From a virus, in the IMG/VR virus record IMGVR_UViG_3300034200_001536, positions 39,215-103,214 of that record: a DNA stretch of 64,000 nucleotides, one strand, 5' to 3'. Position 1 is the stretch's first letter, and each line of letters opens with the position of its first letter. This document shows, one piece after another, positions 38,400-47,057 of the stretch. The notes beneath the pieces are model-generated. The model worked only from the letters and a program-made list of their open reading frames with translations. It had not been told where the DNA came from and made no database searches. The position numbers were made by a program, and so were the translations under genes.

Positions 38400-39614
38400 T
38401 TGATATTTCAAACTCTTGATGATAAAAACGAATGCGTAGGATTTTACGCAAACGAAAAATTAGAGTTTCACAAGCCTTTACCGATTAATCTTACACATAC
38501 TTGGTCTTATTCTGGCTTTCTTAAGGGAAAAAACCTAGAATATGCCGAGCTTTATTGTGACGGTAAAAAGTTAGATGAAGTTTGCCCTGAATATTTAAAG
38601 AGTGATTGGACAGATATTAATAAGAAGTTAAAAAGCGTTATCGCTTCTTGCTTAGAGGCAAAAGTATCTTTACGAGAGAATTGTTTCTTTGATTTGACTC
38701 CGCAAAGGTTTTTGGTAGAGTATTGTCATCTTCGTAATCAAATTAGCGAGCATGTTTTTAAAAATTATCCTAAGCCTTCTGAATATGAATTTTATAGAAG
38801 GTTTAATGAACTTTTGCATGACATCAAAAGCAGAAATTTAAACATTAATCTTGAAAGCATCCAGAATAAGCTCTGGAAAGAAAATGCTATGGCTTTCTAT
38901 AAGAAAATAGCCAATGGTACCAATCATATTTCTTATGATATGTTTTCATCTATTACAGGACGTTTGACAGTTAATAAAAACAGTTTTCCTATATTGACTT
39001 TTCCAAAACAATATCGTAGTGTCTTAAAACCACAAAATGATTGGTTTATTGTTTTTGATATGAATGCCGCCGAACTACGCACAGCATTGGCTTTAAACGG
39101 TAAAGCGCAACCAGAAGGGGACTTGCACGGCTGGAGTGCAGAAAACGTTTTTAAAGGGCAGCTAGACCGCTCTAAAGCTAAAGAAACGGCAACAGCATGG
39201 CTATATAACTCACATTCTCCGCTTTCTATACAATATGATAAGGAATTGTCTGCTTTATATGACAAGCAGGCATTACTTAATAAGTATTGGATTAACGGCT
39301 ACGTAGAGACTCCATTTAATCGTAAAATGCAAGCAGATGAACATCATGCAATATCTTATCTGAATCAATCTACTTTTATTGATATGTTCCACCGTCAAAT
39401 TATTAAGGTTGACGATTTTTTGCAAGGTAAGAAAAGTTTTGTATCTTTCCTTGTTCACGATGAATTTGTACTGGACGTAACAAGTGATGAGAAAAATGAT
39501 ATAGTCGAGATAATTAAAATATTACAGGATACACCATATGGTAAATTTCCAGTAAATGTAAAAGCTGGAAAAAACTATGGCGAACTAAAGAAATTAAATT
39601 TAAAGGTTGAATAA
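38400..39614 (+). CDS. Short family A DNA polymerase domain protein
   Basis: TGRLT, motif A FDMNAAELR, motif B RSKAK...LY, motif C VHDE; TTG start after GAGGA. Confidence 0.8.
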   Translation: MIFQTLDDKNECVGFYANEKLEFHKPLPINLTHTWSYSGFLKGKNLEYAELYCDGKKLDEVCPEYLKSDWTDINKKLKSVIASCLEAKVSLRENCFFDLTPQRFLVEYCHLRNQISEHVFKNYPKPSEYEFYRRFNELLHDIKSRNLNINLESIQNKLWKENAMAFYKKIANGTNHISYDMFSSITGRLTVNKNSFPILTFPKQYRSVLKPQNDWFIVFDMNAAELRTALALNGKAQPEGDLHGWSAENVFKGQLDRSKAKETATAWLYNSHSPLSIQYDKELSALYDKQALLNKYWINGYVETPFNRKMQADEHHAISYLNQSTFIDMFHRQIIKVDDFLQGKKSFVSFLVHDEFVLDVTSDEKNDIVEIIKILQDTPYGKFPVNVKAGKNYGELKKLNLKVE

Positions 39615-39615
39615 A

Positions 39616-40440
39616 ATGCAAACTGTTATTTGTCTCGGACCAAAAGCGTGTGATATCGGTGAACTCTTCGAAGAAAAAGAAGGGTTCCAAGTTAAGCTTA
39701 TTGATAAAGAAATTGAAGGTGAAAATTGCTATGGTTTACAGAGACAAAAAACACCAGAAGACTACGAAAAAAACGTTCCAGATTTAAGTAGTTTTTTCAA
39801 AGATGCTTGTGATGAAATACTATTTATTACATGCGGTGATGCTGACGTTTTAAGCTGTTCTTTGAAAATTTTAGAACAGGTAAAATATAAAAATATTTCT
39901 GTCATTTATTTACGTCCAGACCCAATGTTTTTTACTAAGCAGGGTGGTTTACAAGATAAATTAGCGTTTAACGTATTTCAAGAATATGCACGCTCTGGTT
40001 TATTTAAACGGGTATATCTTGTTGATGAAACGTTAACAGAATTAATGCTGGAAGATACTCCTATAACAGAAATATACGAAGAATATATAAAATTATTACA
40101 TAATATAATTGTTTATATTAACTCGTTAAGCGATGATTCTTTAATAGACCATTATTCCCCCCCAAGTGATGCAGCTAGAATAAGCACATTTGCTTTTTAT
40201 GATTTAAAGACGGACAGCGAAAGACAAATGTATACAATGGAAATGATAGAGCATAAAGAATATCATTTCTTCTTTACCGAAGAGACAATTAATTCAAATA
40301 AAAAGTTAATGCGGGAAATAAAAGAAAAATTAAAAAACAAGGTTGCAAACGGTACAAAGGCTTGTTACACTATTCGCAGAACAAATAGCAGCACAGATTT
40401 TTGTTTTGTAGTTCATAATAGTAAAGCAATTCAAATATAG
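39616..40440 (+). CDS. Degenerate tubulin/FtsZ-fold protein
   Basis: VICLGPKACDIG resembles the T1 loop; Rossmann-like pattern; canonical GGGTGSG absent. Confidence 0.45.
   Translation: MQTVICLGPKACDIGELFEEKEGFQVKLIDKEIEGENCYGLQRQKTPEDYEKNVPDLSSFFKDACDEILFITCGDADVLSCSLKILEQVKYKNISVIYLRPDPMFFTKQGGLQDKLAFNVFQEYARSGLFKRVYLVDETLTELMLEDTPITEIYEEYIKLLHNIIVYINSLSDDSLIDHYSPPSDAARISTFAFYDLKTDSERQMYTMEMIEHKEYHFFFTEETINSNKKLMREIKEKLKNKVANGTKACYTIRRTNSSTDFCFVVHNSKAIQI
40343..40371 (+). promoter_or_regulatory. Sigma70-like extended -10 promoter
   Basis: TTGCAA-17 nt-TACACT with TGn. Confidence 0.55.
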
Positions 40441-40447
40441 GTGAATA

Positions 40448-40690
40448 ATGAAAAGCTATCGTGCAACTTATGTAAAGAAAAATGGCGATGTGCGAAGTAT
40501 GCATTTTGCAAAATTAAATGATTTGCCAAGCCAGTTTGTTTCTGATAAGATTAAGGGCGGAAATCAGCAGCATAATTTAGATGAAGGCATGGAACTAGTT
40601 TGGGATTTAGAAAATAAAGGATTCCGAATCTTCAACTGGAATACGGTTGAAGGAGAAGTAAAAGAAGAAGAAGCAAAGTTTGTACTTTAA
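40448..40690 (+). CDS. WYL_2/SH3-like small protein
   Basis: YVKKNGDVRSM...VWDLENKGFRIF. Confidence 0.6.
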   Translation: MKSYRATYVKKNGDVRSMHFAKLNDLPSQFVSDKIKGGNQQHNLDEGMELVWDLENKGFRIFNWNTVEGEVKEEEAKFVL

Positions 40691-40714
40691 CTGTAGCACA
40701 GACCGTGGTACAGT
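40686..40714 (+). promoter_or_regulatory. Sigma70-like promoter for SSB gene
   Basis: TTTAAC-17 nt-TACAGT with TGn. Confidence 0.5.
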
Positions 40715-40762
40715 TCATAACAGTTGGCGGGAGATTTACCGACCAACAAGGAGATAAAACAC

Positions 40763-41539
40763 ATGGGTATTGACGTTAAGAAGATGAAGGCAAAACTACA
40801 AGCACTACAAAATAAGGGTGGTTCTGGCAGCAAGACTCTTTTCTGGAGTCCAAAGGAAGGACAAAATTATTCACTCCGTATTGTTCCTACACCAGATGGT
40901 GACCCTTTCAAGGAATACTGGTTTCATTATGAACTAGGCACACAAGGCGGGTTCCTCTGTCCAAAGAAGAACTTTGGTGACCAATGTGCCGCTTGTGATT
41001 TTGCAAGCAAGCTTTATAAGGAAAAGGATGAAGAGTCCACGAAGATGGCTAAGAAATTCCTTCCACGCCAACGTTTCTTTTCTCCTGTACTTGTACGTGG
41101 CGAAGAAAAGGAAGGACTCAAGGTATGGGGTTATGGTAAGAACGCTTATCAAGACCTTATCAATCTTGTGCTCAATCCAGATTACGGCGATATTACTGAC
41201 CCAGAAGCTGGTACAGACCTTTCTATTCACTCAGCAAAGGCTCCCGGCCAATCTTTCCCAACCACAAAGATTACTCCTGCCCGTAAGACCAGCAAGCTTT
41301 GCCAAGGTACTGACGTAGAGTGCAAGGAACTCCTTGAGACTCTTCCAGATTTTGATAAGCTACACACCCGTAAGACTTCACAAGAAGTATCAACCATTCT
41401 TGATGAGTATCTTGCAGGCGCAGATAATGATGCCGATGCAGAAGCTTCTTCAAGTGAAACCAAGAAGTATTCTGCCGCAACACCAGTAAAATCTAAGAGC
41501 GCTGTAGATTCCGCTTTTGAGGAGTTAATGAGTAATTAA
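40763..41539 (+). CDS. Single-stranded DNA-binding protein (gp32-like)
   Basis: LRIVP, HY..CP..CAAC zinc site, DITDPEAGTD, acidic tail; AAGGAG SD. Confidence 0.85.
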   Translation: MGIDVKKMKAKLQALQNKGGSGSKTLFWSPKEGQNYSLRIVPTPDGDPFKEYWFHYELGTQGGFLCPKKNFGDQCAACDFASKLYKEKDEESTKMAKKFLPRQRFFSPVLVRGEEKEGLKVWGYGKNAYQDLINLVLNPDYGDITDPEAGTDLSIHSAKAPGQSFPTTKITPARKTSKLCQGTDVECKELLETLPDFDKLHTRKTSQEVSTILDEYLAGADNDADAEASSSETKKYSAATPVKSKSAVDSAFEELMSN

Positions 41540-41596
41540 TCTTTTCTTCAAAAGCTAAGTTAACAAGGCTTAACATTGTAGAATAGGTATAGTATA

Positions 41597-41630
41597 AAGA
41601 AGGGAACAGGGTAAAACTTGTTCCCTTCTT
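41597..41630 (+). terminator. 14-bp hairpin before recA (terminator or 5' stabiliser)
   Basis: AAGAAGGGAACAGG-GTAAAA-CTTGTTCCCTTCTT. Confidence 0.6.
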
Positions 41631-41649
41631 GTCTTTCTAGGAGATAATA

Positions 41650-42792
41650 ATGTCAATGGCTAAAAACAAAAATAAAGAATCAGCAGGAAAAGTATCTATT
41701 GGACAATTACGTGATTTATTAAACAAGAAAAGCGGTCGTGAAGTTGCATATGATTTGCAAGACGACAATCCAACTGAAGTAACAGATTGGATTCCAACTG
41801 GTTCACGTTGGCTTGATTCAATTATTTGTCGTGGAAAGCTAGCTGGAATCCCAGTAGGCAAGATTAGTGAATTAGCTGGTCTTGAAGGAAGCGGTAAATC
41901 TTATATGGCTGCACAGATTGCCGCTAATGCCCAAAAGATGGGTATTGATGTAATCTATTTTGATTCCGAAAGCGCTATTGACCCAGAATTCATGAAGAAA
42001 GCGGGGTGTGATATGTCTCGTATTCTTTATGTTCAAGCAGAAAATGTTGAATACGTTTTGGAAAGTATTGAAGACCTCCTAAAGAACAACCAAAACCGCA
42101 TGTTATTTATTTGGGATTCAATGGCGTTAACTCCAAGCAAGACCGACCTAGAAGGTGATTTTGACCCACAATCTTCTATGGCTGTTAAGCCACGTATTCT
42201 TGCCAAGGGCTTATCTAAACTTATTCAACCAATTGCAAATAGTCAAAGCACGCTTCTTGTTTTGAACCAATTAAAAACAAACCTACAGGTTCAAAATATC
42301 AAGTATGCAACTGATAGCGAAAAATATACAACGCCGGGAGGCAAGGCGCTATCATATGCATACAGCCTACGTATTTGGCTAACTGGCAGAAAGGCAAAAG
42401 ACAGTTATGTTCTTGATGAACGTGGATATAAGGTTGGCAGCGAAGTTAAGGCACGGCTTGAAAAATCTCGTTTTGGAACAGCAGGAAGAGAATGTCTTTT
42501 CAAAATTATGTGGGGTGGAGCAATCGGTGTTCTTGACAATGAAAGTATCTTTGAAGCAATTAAACCTTTCATTAAACAAACTGGCGCTTGGTATGAAATG
42601 GAAGTTGATGGACAAGCTAAAAAATTTCAGCAATCTTCATGGGAAGATTTAATGAAGGAAGAAGGTTTCAAGAATGCCGTTCTTGGAATTATGGATAGGG
42701 AAGTAGTTGTAAAGTTTGATACCCGTGAGGGTGATGCAAAGAATTTCTATAATATAGAAGGCGAAGAAGCGACAGAACAAGAATTAAATTAA
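41650..42792 (+). CDS. recA: RecA/UvsX recombinase
   Basis: IPTGS, GLEGSGKS, FDSE, IWDS, NQLK, TPGGKAL. Confidence 0.93.
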   Translation: MSMAKNKNKESAGKVSIGQLRDLLNKKSGREVAYDLQDDNPTEVTDWIPTGSRWLDSIICRGKLAGIPVGKISELAGLEGSGKSYMAAQIAANAQKMGIDVIYFDSESAIDPEFMKKAGCDMSRILYVQAENVEYVLESIEDLLKNNQNRMLFIWDSMALTPSKTDLEGDFDPQSSMAVKPRILAKGLSKLIQPIANSQSTLLVLNQLKTNLQVQNIKYATDSEKYTTPGGKALSYAYSLRIWLTGRKAKDSYVLDERGYKVGSEVKARLEKSRFGTAGRECLFKIMWGGAIGVLDNESIFEAIKPFIKQTGAWYEMEVDGQAKKFQQSSWEDLMKEEGFKNAVLGIMDREVVVKFDTREGDAKNFYNIEGEEATEQELN

Positions 42793-42804
42793 TAAAACTA
42801 ATCC

Positions 42805-42849
42805 TTGTATTTAGAGCCGCACCAGTGTAGTATGTGCTGGTGCGGTTTT
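42805..42849 (+). promoter_or_regulatory. Terminator-like hairpin overlapping sigma70-like promoter
   Basis: GCCGCACCAG/CTGGTGCGGT stem then TTTC; TTGTAT-17 nt-TAGTAT with the -10 at the apex. Confidence 0.55.
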
Positions 42850-42863
42850 CTATTGGAGAATAC

Positions 42864-43793
42864 ATGGCTCTAGGATTATGCTGTCAATGGATTGAAGAGA
42901 AGAAAAAGCGTAACGGCTCTGTAGTTACAGAAAATATTATCAATGAAAAGAGCTTGCAGCTTGGAAGCTATAAGTCTGGAAAATATTCAGAGCAGAGAAT
43001 TATTGATACTTATCATAATAATGTAGATGAACATATTAAGATTTTTCCTAAGCTAGTTGAGAACAATGTTAAGTCATTTCGTATTTCTAGTTCCTTATTT
43101 CCTCTTTATGAATTTGCGGGAAATCTAGCCAGAAACGACCAAGCTCTTATTAATAAACTTGCTTATCTTGGTGGTTTGTTTTTCAAGCACGACATTCGTG
43201 TAACTACGCATCCCGGCCAATTTACAATTATTAACAGTAATACAGACCGCATTATTCAAAATTCTATTCGTGAACTAGAATACCATGCATGGATTTTTGA
43301 TATGATGGGATTTGATAAAACACCGCATTATGCTATCAATATTCACGGCGGTAAGCGTGGCAATTTAGAAAAACTTGTAGAAGTAACAAATACATTACCA
43401 GAAAATGTGAAAAGCCGTCTTACTTTTGAGAATGACGAAAGGTGCTTCAATGTTAAACAATTGCTCACAGTCCACGAAAAAACTGGTGTTCCTGTCGTTC
43501 TTGATACTCATCACCATTCTTTTGGAAGTAATGATTTATCTCTCATAGATGCATTTTATGAAACTCTAAAAACATGGGGTAAGATAAAACCATTACAACA
43601 TCTTTCTAATACAGAAGTAGGAAAGCAAAATGGCTCATTCTCCGATAGACGAGCGCATTCAAAGTTTATTCATTATGTGCCAGATATTCAGCTAGCGGCA
43701 ATAAGAGATAATCTTATTGATGTCGATGTTGAGGCTAAAATGAAAAATCTTGCTCTAATTAAAATGAGACAAGATTATGACATTAAATTCTAA
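42864..43793 (+). CDS. uvsE: UV damage endonuclease
   Basis: FRISSSLFP, HPGQF, IHGG, ENDE, DTHHH, HLS, RAHS, EAKMK. Confidence 0.9.
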   Translation: MALGLCCQWIEEKKKRNGSVVTENIINEKSLQLGSYKSGKYSEQRIIDTYHNNVDEHIKIFPKLVENNVKSFRISSSLFPLYEFAGNLARNDQALINKLAYLGGLFFKHDIRVTTHPGQFTIINSNTDRIIQNSIRELEYHAWIFDMMGFDKTPHYAINIHGGKRGNLEKLVEVTNTLPENVKSRLTFENDERCFNVKQLLTVHEKTGVPVVLDTHHHSFGSNDLSLIDAFYETLKTWGKIKPLQHLSNTEVGKQNGSFSDRRAHSKFIHYVPDIQLAAIRDNLIDVDVEAKMKNLALIKMRQDYDIKF

Positions 43794-43998
43794 AGGAAAA
43801 TTTAAACCTAAAATCGGTCAACTTGTTGCTTGGCCTATGCAATATAATTTTTCGGGAGAATTAATAGAACACTTAGGTTTAATAACATATATATTTCCAG
43901 ATGGTTTAGTTGAAGTAACGTTCTTGAAAAATAATTGGATTATTACTTTGCAGACAAAACATTTACGTTTATTAAATGATGTTGCAAGCACAGATTAG
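43777..43998 (+). CDS. Hypothetical protein
   Basis: 73 aa ORF. Confidence 0.5.
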   Translation: MTLNSKGKFKPKIGQLVAWPMQYNFSGELIEHLGLITYIFPDGLVEVTFLKNNWIITLQTKHLRLLNDVASTD

Positions 43999-44009
43999 TG
44001 TGATAGTAT
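43982..44009 (+). promoter_or_regulatory. Sigma70-like promoter for deaminase
   Basis: TTGCAA-16 nt-TAGTAT with TGn. Confidence 0.5.
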
Positions 44010-44040
44010 GTATTCAGTAGTTCCAACCAAGGAGAAAGAA

Positions 44041-44509
44041 ATGGATACCGATGCGACGACGAGCTATGTGAAGAAGCATAACGACATTGAGGATAAGATG
44101 ATTCCCCATGTGGAAGCTTCTAAAAAGGTTCGGAGGTATCTTCCAGCTGGCTAAAAAGCTTGCTGGTAATTCTACTTATGGAAATTTTCGGCATGGTGCT
44201 GTGCTTGTACGGGGTGGTGCAATCGTTGGTTTGGGCATTAATTCAGAAAAATACTGCTCTGTTGGTAGAAACTATCGTCCCGAAGAGAAGGGTAATGCAA
44301 CGTACCATGCAGAAATCAAGGCGCTATTAAATATCCCCAGACACATTTCTAAGGGAGCTGTTATGTATGTTGCACGTTGCTCTAAGAACGGTGAAGATGA
44401 CCGCATGAGCAAACCGTGCACTATGTGTCATGCCGTTATGGAAGAACGAGGCATCCGTAAGGTTTATTACACAGTCGATAATGAAGTTGTTGGTACTTAT
44501 AAGTTTTAA
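44041..44509 (+). CDS. Zn-dependent cytidine/dCMP deaminase-family protein, split across two frames (+1 at ~44142)
   Basis: HGAVLV, HAE, PCTMC motifs in frame 44144..44509; AAGGAG-led ATG at 44041 is in a different frame that stops at 44154. Confidence 0.75.
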
Positions 44510-44520
44510 AGGATTATAAT

Positions 44521-44655
44521 ATGATTATTTATTTGCTTATTGGTTTTAACATTATTACTGCTCTTTTTGCACTAGAGATGTTCTTGCAAAATCGTGCATT
44601 ACGTTCAGGCTTGGTAGAAGAATTTAAAAAAGAAATTTCAAATAAGGAAATTTAG
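44521..44655 (+). CDS. 44-aa single-TM protein
   Basis: AGGA SD; MIIYLLIGFNIITALFAL; not in ORF track. Confidence 0.5.
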   Translation: MIIYLLIGFNIITALFALEMFLQNRALRSGLVEEFKKEISNKEI

Positions 44656-44657
44656 CG

Positions 44658-44867
44658 ATGGATAATAATTTAAATATAATGAAGCTTATTTCTAATCTTG
44701 AAAGCGAGAATGACTTTCTCAAGACACAATTAAAAGTAGCTATAGATGATTTGTCTAATCTACGTAAAGAAGTACAAAATCTTAGGTTAGAATTATTAAC
44801 TATTCATGGGCAATGTCTAGAAGAGCATCACAGGAAAGGAATTTGTCCTAATGAACGACTCTACTAA
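44658..44867 (+). CDS. Small coiled-coil protein
   Basis: Heptad Leu pattern. Confidence 0.55.
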   Translation: MDNNLNIMKLISNLESENDFLKTQLKVAIDDLSNLRKEVQNLRLELLTIHGQCLEEHHRKGICPNERLY

Positions 44868-45825
44868 GAAACGTGTATTAGTTATTGACGGTAATAATCT
44901 TTATATCCGCAATTATGTCATGAATCCTGCCGTATCTACCAAAGGTGACCCTATTGGTGGAATATTTGGTACTATTAAGTCATTACAGAAGCTATGCCGT
45001 GAAATTAAGCCAAATCGTATTGTTATTGCTTGGGATGGAAAAGGCGGCTCTTCAAAACGTAGAGCGGTAAACAAGAATTATAAAGAGGGACGCAAACCGT
45101 TCCGTTTAAACCGAAACATTCGCAACTTAAATGAAAATGAAGAACTAGAAAATAAAATCTGGCAAATGACCAGAGTAGTAGAATATTTAAATAACTTTCC
45201 TATTATTCAGCTACTACTAGATGCAGTAGAAGCTGATGATATTATTTCTGCCATTTGCCAGCATCAACAATTAACAGATTATAATAAAGTAATCGTATCC
45301 AACGATAAGGATTTTATACAACTTTGCAAGCATGATACTATTCTCTATAGACCCGTTCAAGATGAAATTTTAAACACAAAACGGATAGTAGAAGAATATG
45401 GTATTCACCCTACTAATTTTTGCTTGGCAAGAGCCATTTCTGGCGATACAAGCGATAATTTGGTCGGGGTTGGTGGTGCAGGTTTGCCAACAATTGCTAA
45501 AAGATTTCCGCAATTAAGGGAAGATAAATCTTATCGTATTGATGATATCGTTGATGTTTGCAAAAATACAGAAAGCAAAATCAAACTATTCTCTAACATT
45601 GTAGAACATCAAGATTTAATTCGGGAAAACTATAAGATAATGCAATTAGCTATTCCTAACATGTCTATTCAGGATATGCAAAAAATTAATTATGCATTAG
45701 AAAATAGCGAATGCACTTTTAACAAAACTGAATTGGTAACTATGATGTTAAAGGACGGTTTTGGTGAAAGCAATTTTGAAGAATTATATGCACACATGAA
45801 TAAGATTGTTGTGGAGAATTGTTAA
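44851..45825 (+). CDS. 5'-3' exonuclease / T4 RNase H-like flap nuclease
   Basis: IDGNN, WDG, YKEGR, EADD, SNDKD, GDTSDN. Confidence 0.92.
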   Translation: MNDSTKKRVLVIDGNNLYIRNYVMNPAVSTKGDPIGGIFGTIKSLQKLCREIKPNRIVIAWDGKGGSSKRRAVNKNYKEGRKPFRLNRNIRNLNENEELENKIWQMTRVVEYLNNFPIIQLLLDAVEADDIISAICQHQQLTDYNKVIVSNDKDFIQLCKHDTILYRPVQDEILNTKRIVEEYGIHPTNFCLARAISGDTSDNLVGVGGAGLPTIAKRFPQLREDKSYRIDDIVDVCKNTESKIKLFSNIVEHQDLIRENYKIMQLAIPNMSIQDMQKINYALENSECTFNKTELVTMMLKDGFGESNFEELYAHMNKIVVENC

Positions 45826-45826
45826 T

Positions 45827-46726
45827 ATGCCAAAAGGACAAAAATTTACAACTGAAACTTGCGTTAAAGCTGTATTAGAAAAATTTCCACAAAATAAAGA
45901 TAGATATGATTATAGTTTAGTAGATTATAAAAATAATAAAACCCATGTAGACATAATTTGTCTGCTTCATGGTATTTTCCAACAAACACCCGAAAAGCAC
46001 TTAAAAGGGAATGGTTGTTCAAAATGTGCTGTTGAAAAACAAACTAAAACACATCAACAGTTTTTTGAAGATGCACAGAAAATTCATTTCGGTAAATATA
46101 TTTATTTATCGTCTTATGAAACTAAAAAAACAAAAATGAAAATGCTATGTAAGGATTGCCAAAATGTGTTTCTGCAAACACCTGATAGCCATTTAAATGG
46201 TAGTGGCTGTCCAAAATGTGCAAAAGAAAAAAGTATTCTTGGCCTCAAGTTAGCTAGCAAAATTACTGCGAAAATAAATAATAAAAGAGCTAGAATATTT
46301 AGCGATGAAAAAACTGGCTTTTACATCAATAAAGCTATTTGGAATTCCTATAAAAAAGGAGCTTTAGAAAGAAATCTTATTTTTGAAATAAAACCAGAAG
46401 ATATTTTTAATTTATATAAAAAGCAAAATGGTTTATGTGTTTATACAGGTGCAAAATTAAATTGTGATAGTATTGTTTCTAAAAAAATTGATTGGTCTAT
46501 TGATAGAATAGATAATAGTAAAGGTTATACGAAAGATAACATTCTTTTAGTTTCTAAAACAGCAAACATGTTTAGAAACAGAAGTACAATAAAAGAAATG
46601 TTAGAATTTTGTAATATGGTTGTTTCGGTACATAATGGAATGGATAAATATTCTAGTATGTCTCCAGAAGAAAAGGCAGAAATTTTAAAATCACACTCTA
46701 TCCGTTTTAATAAAAAGAAGGATTAG
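45827..46726 (+). CDS. HNH-type homing endonuclease-like protein with two Zn-ribbon repeats
   Basis: Two C..QTP..HL.G.GC..C repeats; SIDRIDNSKGYTKDNI. Confidence 0.7.
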   Translation: MPKGQKFTTETCVKAVLEKFPQNKDRYDYSLVDYKNNKTHVDIICLLHGIFQQTPEKHLKGNGCSKCAVEKQTKTHQQFFEDAQKIHFGKYIYLSSYETKKTKMKMLCKDCQNVFLQTPDSHLNGSGCPKCAKEKSILGLKLASKITAKINNKRARIFSDEKTGFYINKAIWNSYKKGALERNLIFEIKPEDIFNLYKKQNGLCVYTGAKLNCDSIVSKKIDWSIDRIDNSKGYTKDNILLVSKTANMFRNRSTIKEMLEFCNMVVSVHNGMDKYSSMSPEEKAEILKSHSIRFNKKKD

Positions 46727-46729
46727 TTT

Positions 46730-47005
46730 ATGTCAGAACAAAAAAGTTGGTTTAGAGATTACATGGAAGATAGATTTATCTGTCCATATTGTCACGAAAC
46801 ATATGAGGAAGATGAATATCTTTGGCAAAGAATAGATTTTGATGGCGAAAAAGGTGACTCTTATAGAGTTATAAGATGCACTAAATGTGATAATAAATTT
46901 CAACTTTTTATTTGGTCTTCTATACATTATATGACCGAACCGCATTTCTCAAAACCTATTGCAGAAAAGCCTAAACTAACTTTAATTAAAGGCGGAAAAG
47001 AATAG
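46730..47005 (+). CDS. Zinc-ribbon protein
   Basis: CPYC...CTKC. Confidence 0.6.
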   Translation: MSEQKSWFRDYMEDRFICPYCHETYEEDEYLWQRIDFDGEKGDSYRVIRCTKCDNKFQLFIWSSIHYMTEPHFSKPIAEKPKLTLIKGGKE

Positions 47006-47007
47006 GT

Positions 47008-47035
47008 TTGAAACAATCTGTATAGGTGTTATAGT
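47008..47035 (+). promoter_or_regulatory. Sigma70-like promoter for helicase
   Basis: TTGAAA-16 nt-TATAGT with TGn. Confidence 0.5.
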
Positions 47036-47057
47036 ATAGTGAACCTTTGGAGGAACA

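Noticed and set aside
39616-40440. Nucleus-forming jumbo phage inferred from the tubulin-like gene
   Set aside because: Virion genes are T4-like; no chimallin or multisubunit RNAP recognised in the window.
44108-44110. ATG 44108 as deaminase start
   Set aside because: Nearest SD-like sequence is ~14 nt away; the better-placed starts (44041, 44098) are in the other frame. Not fully excluded.
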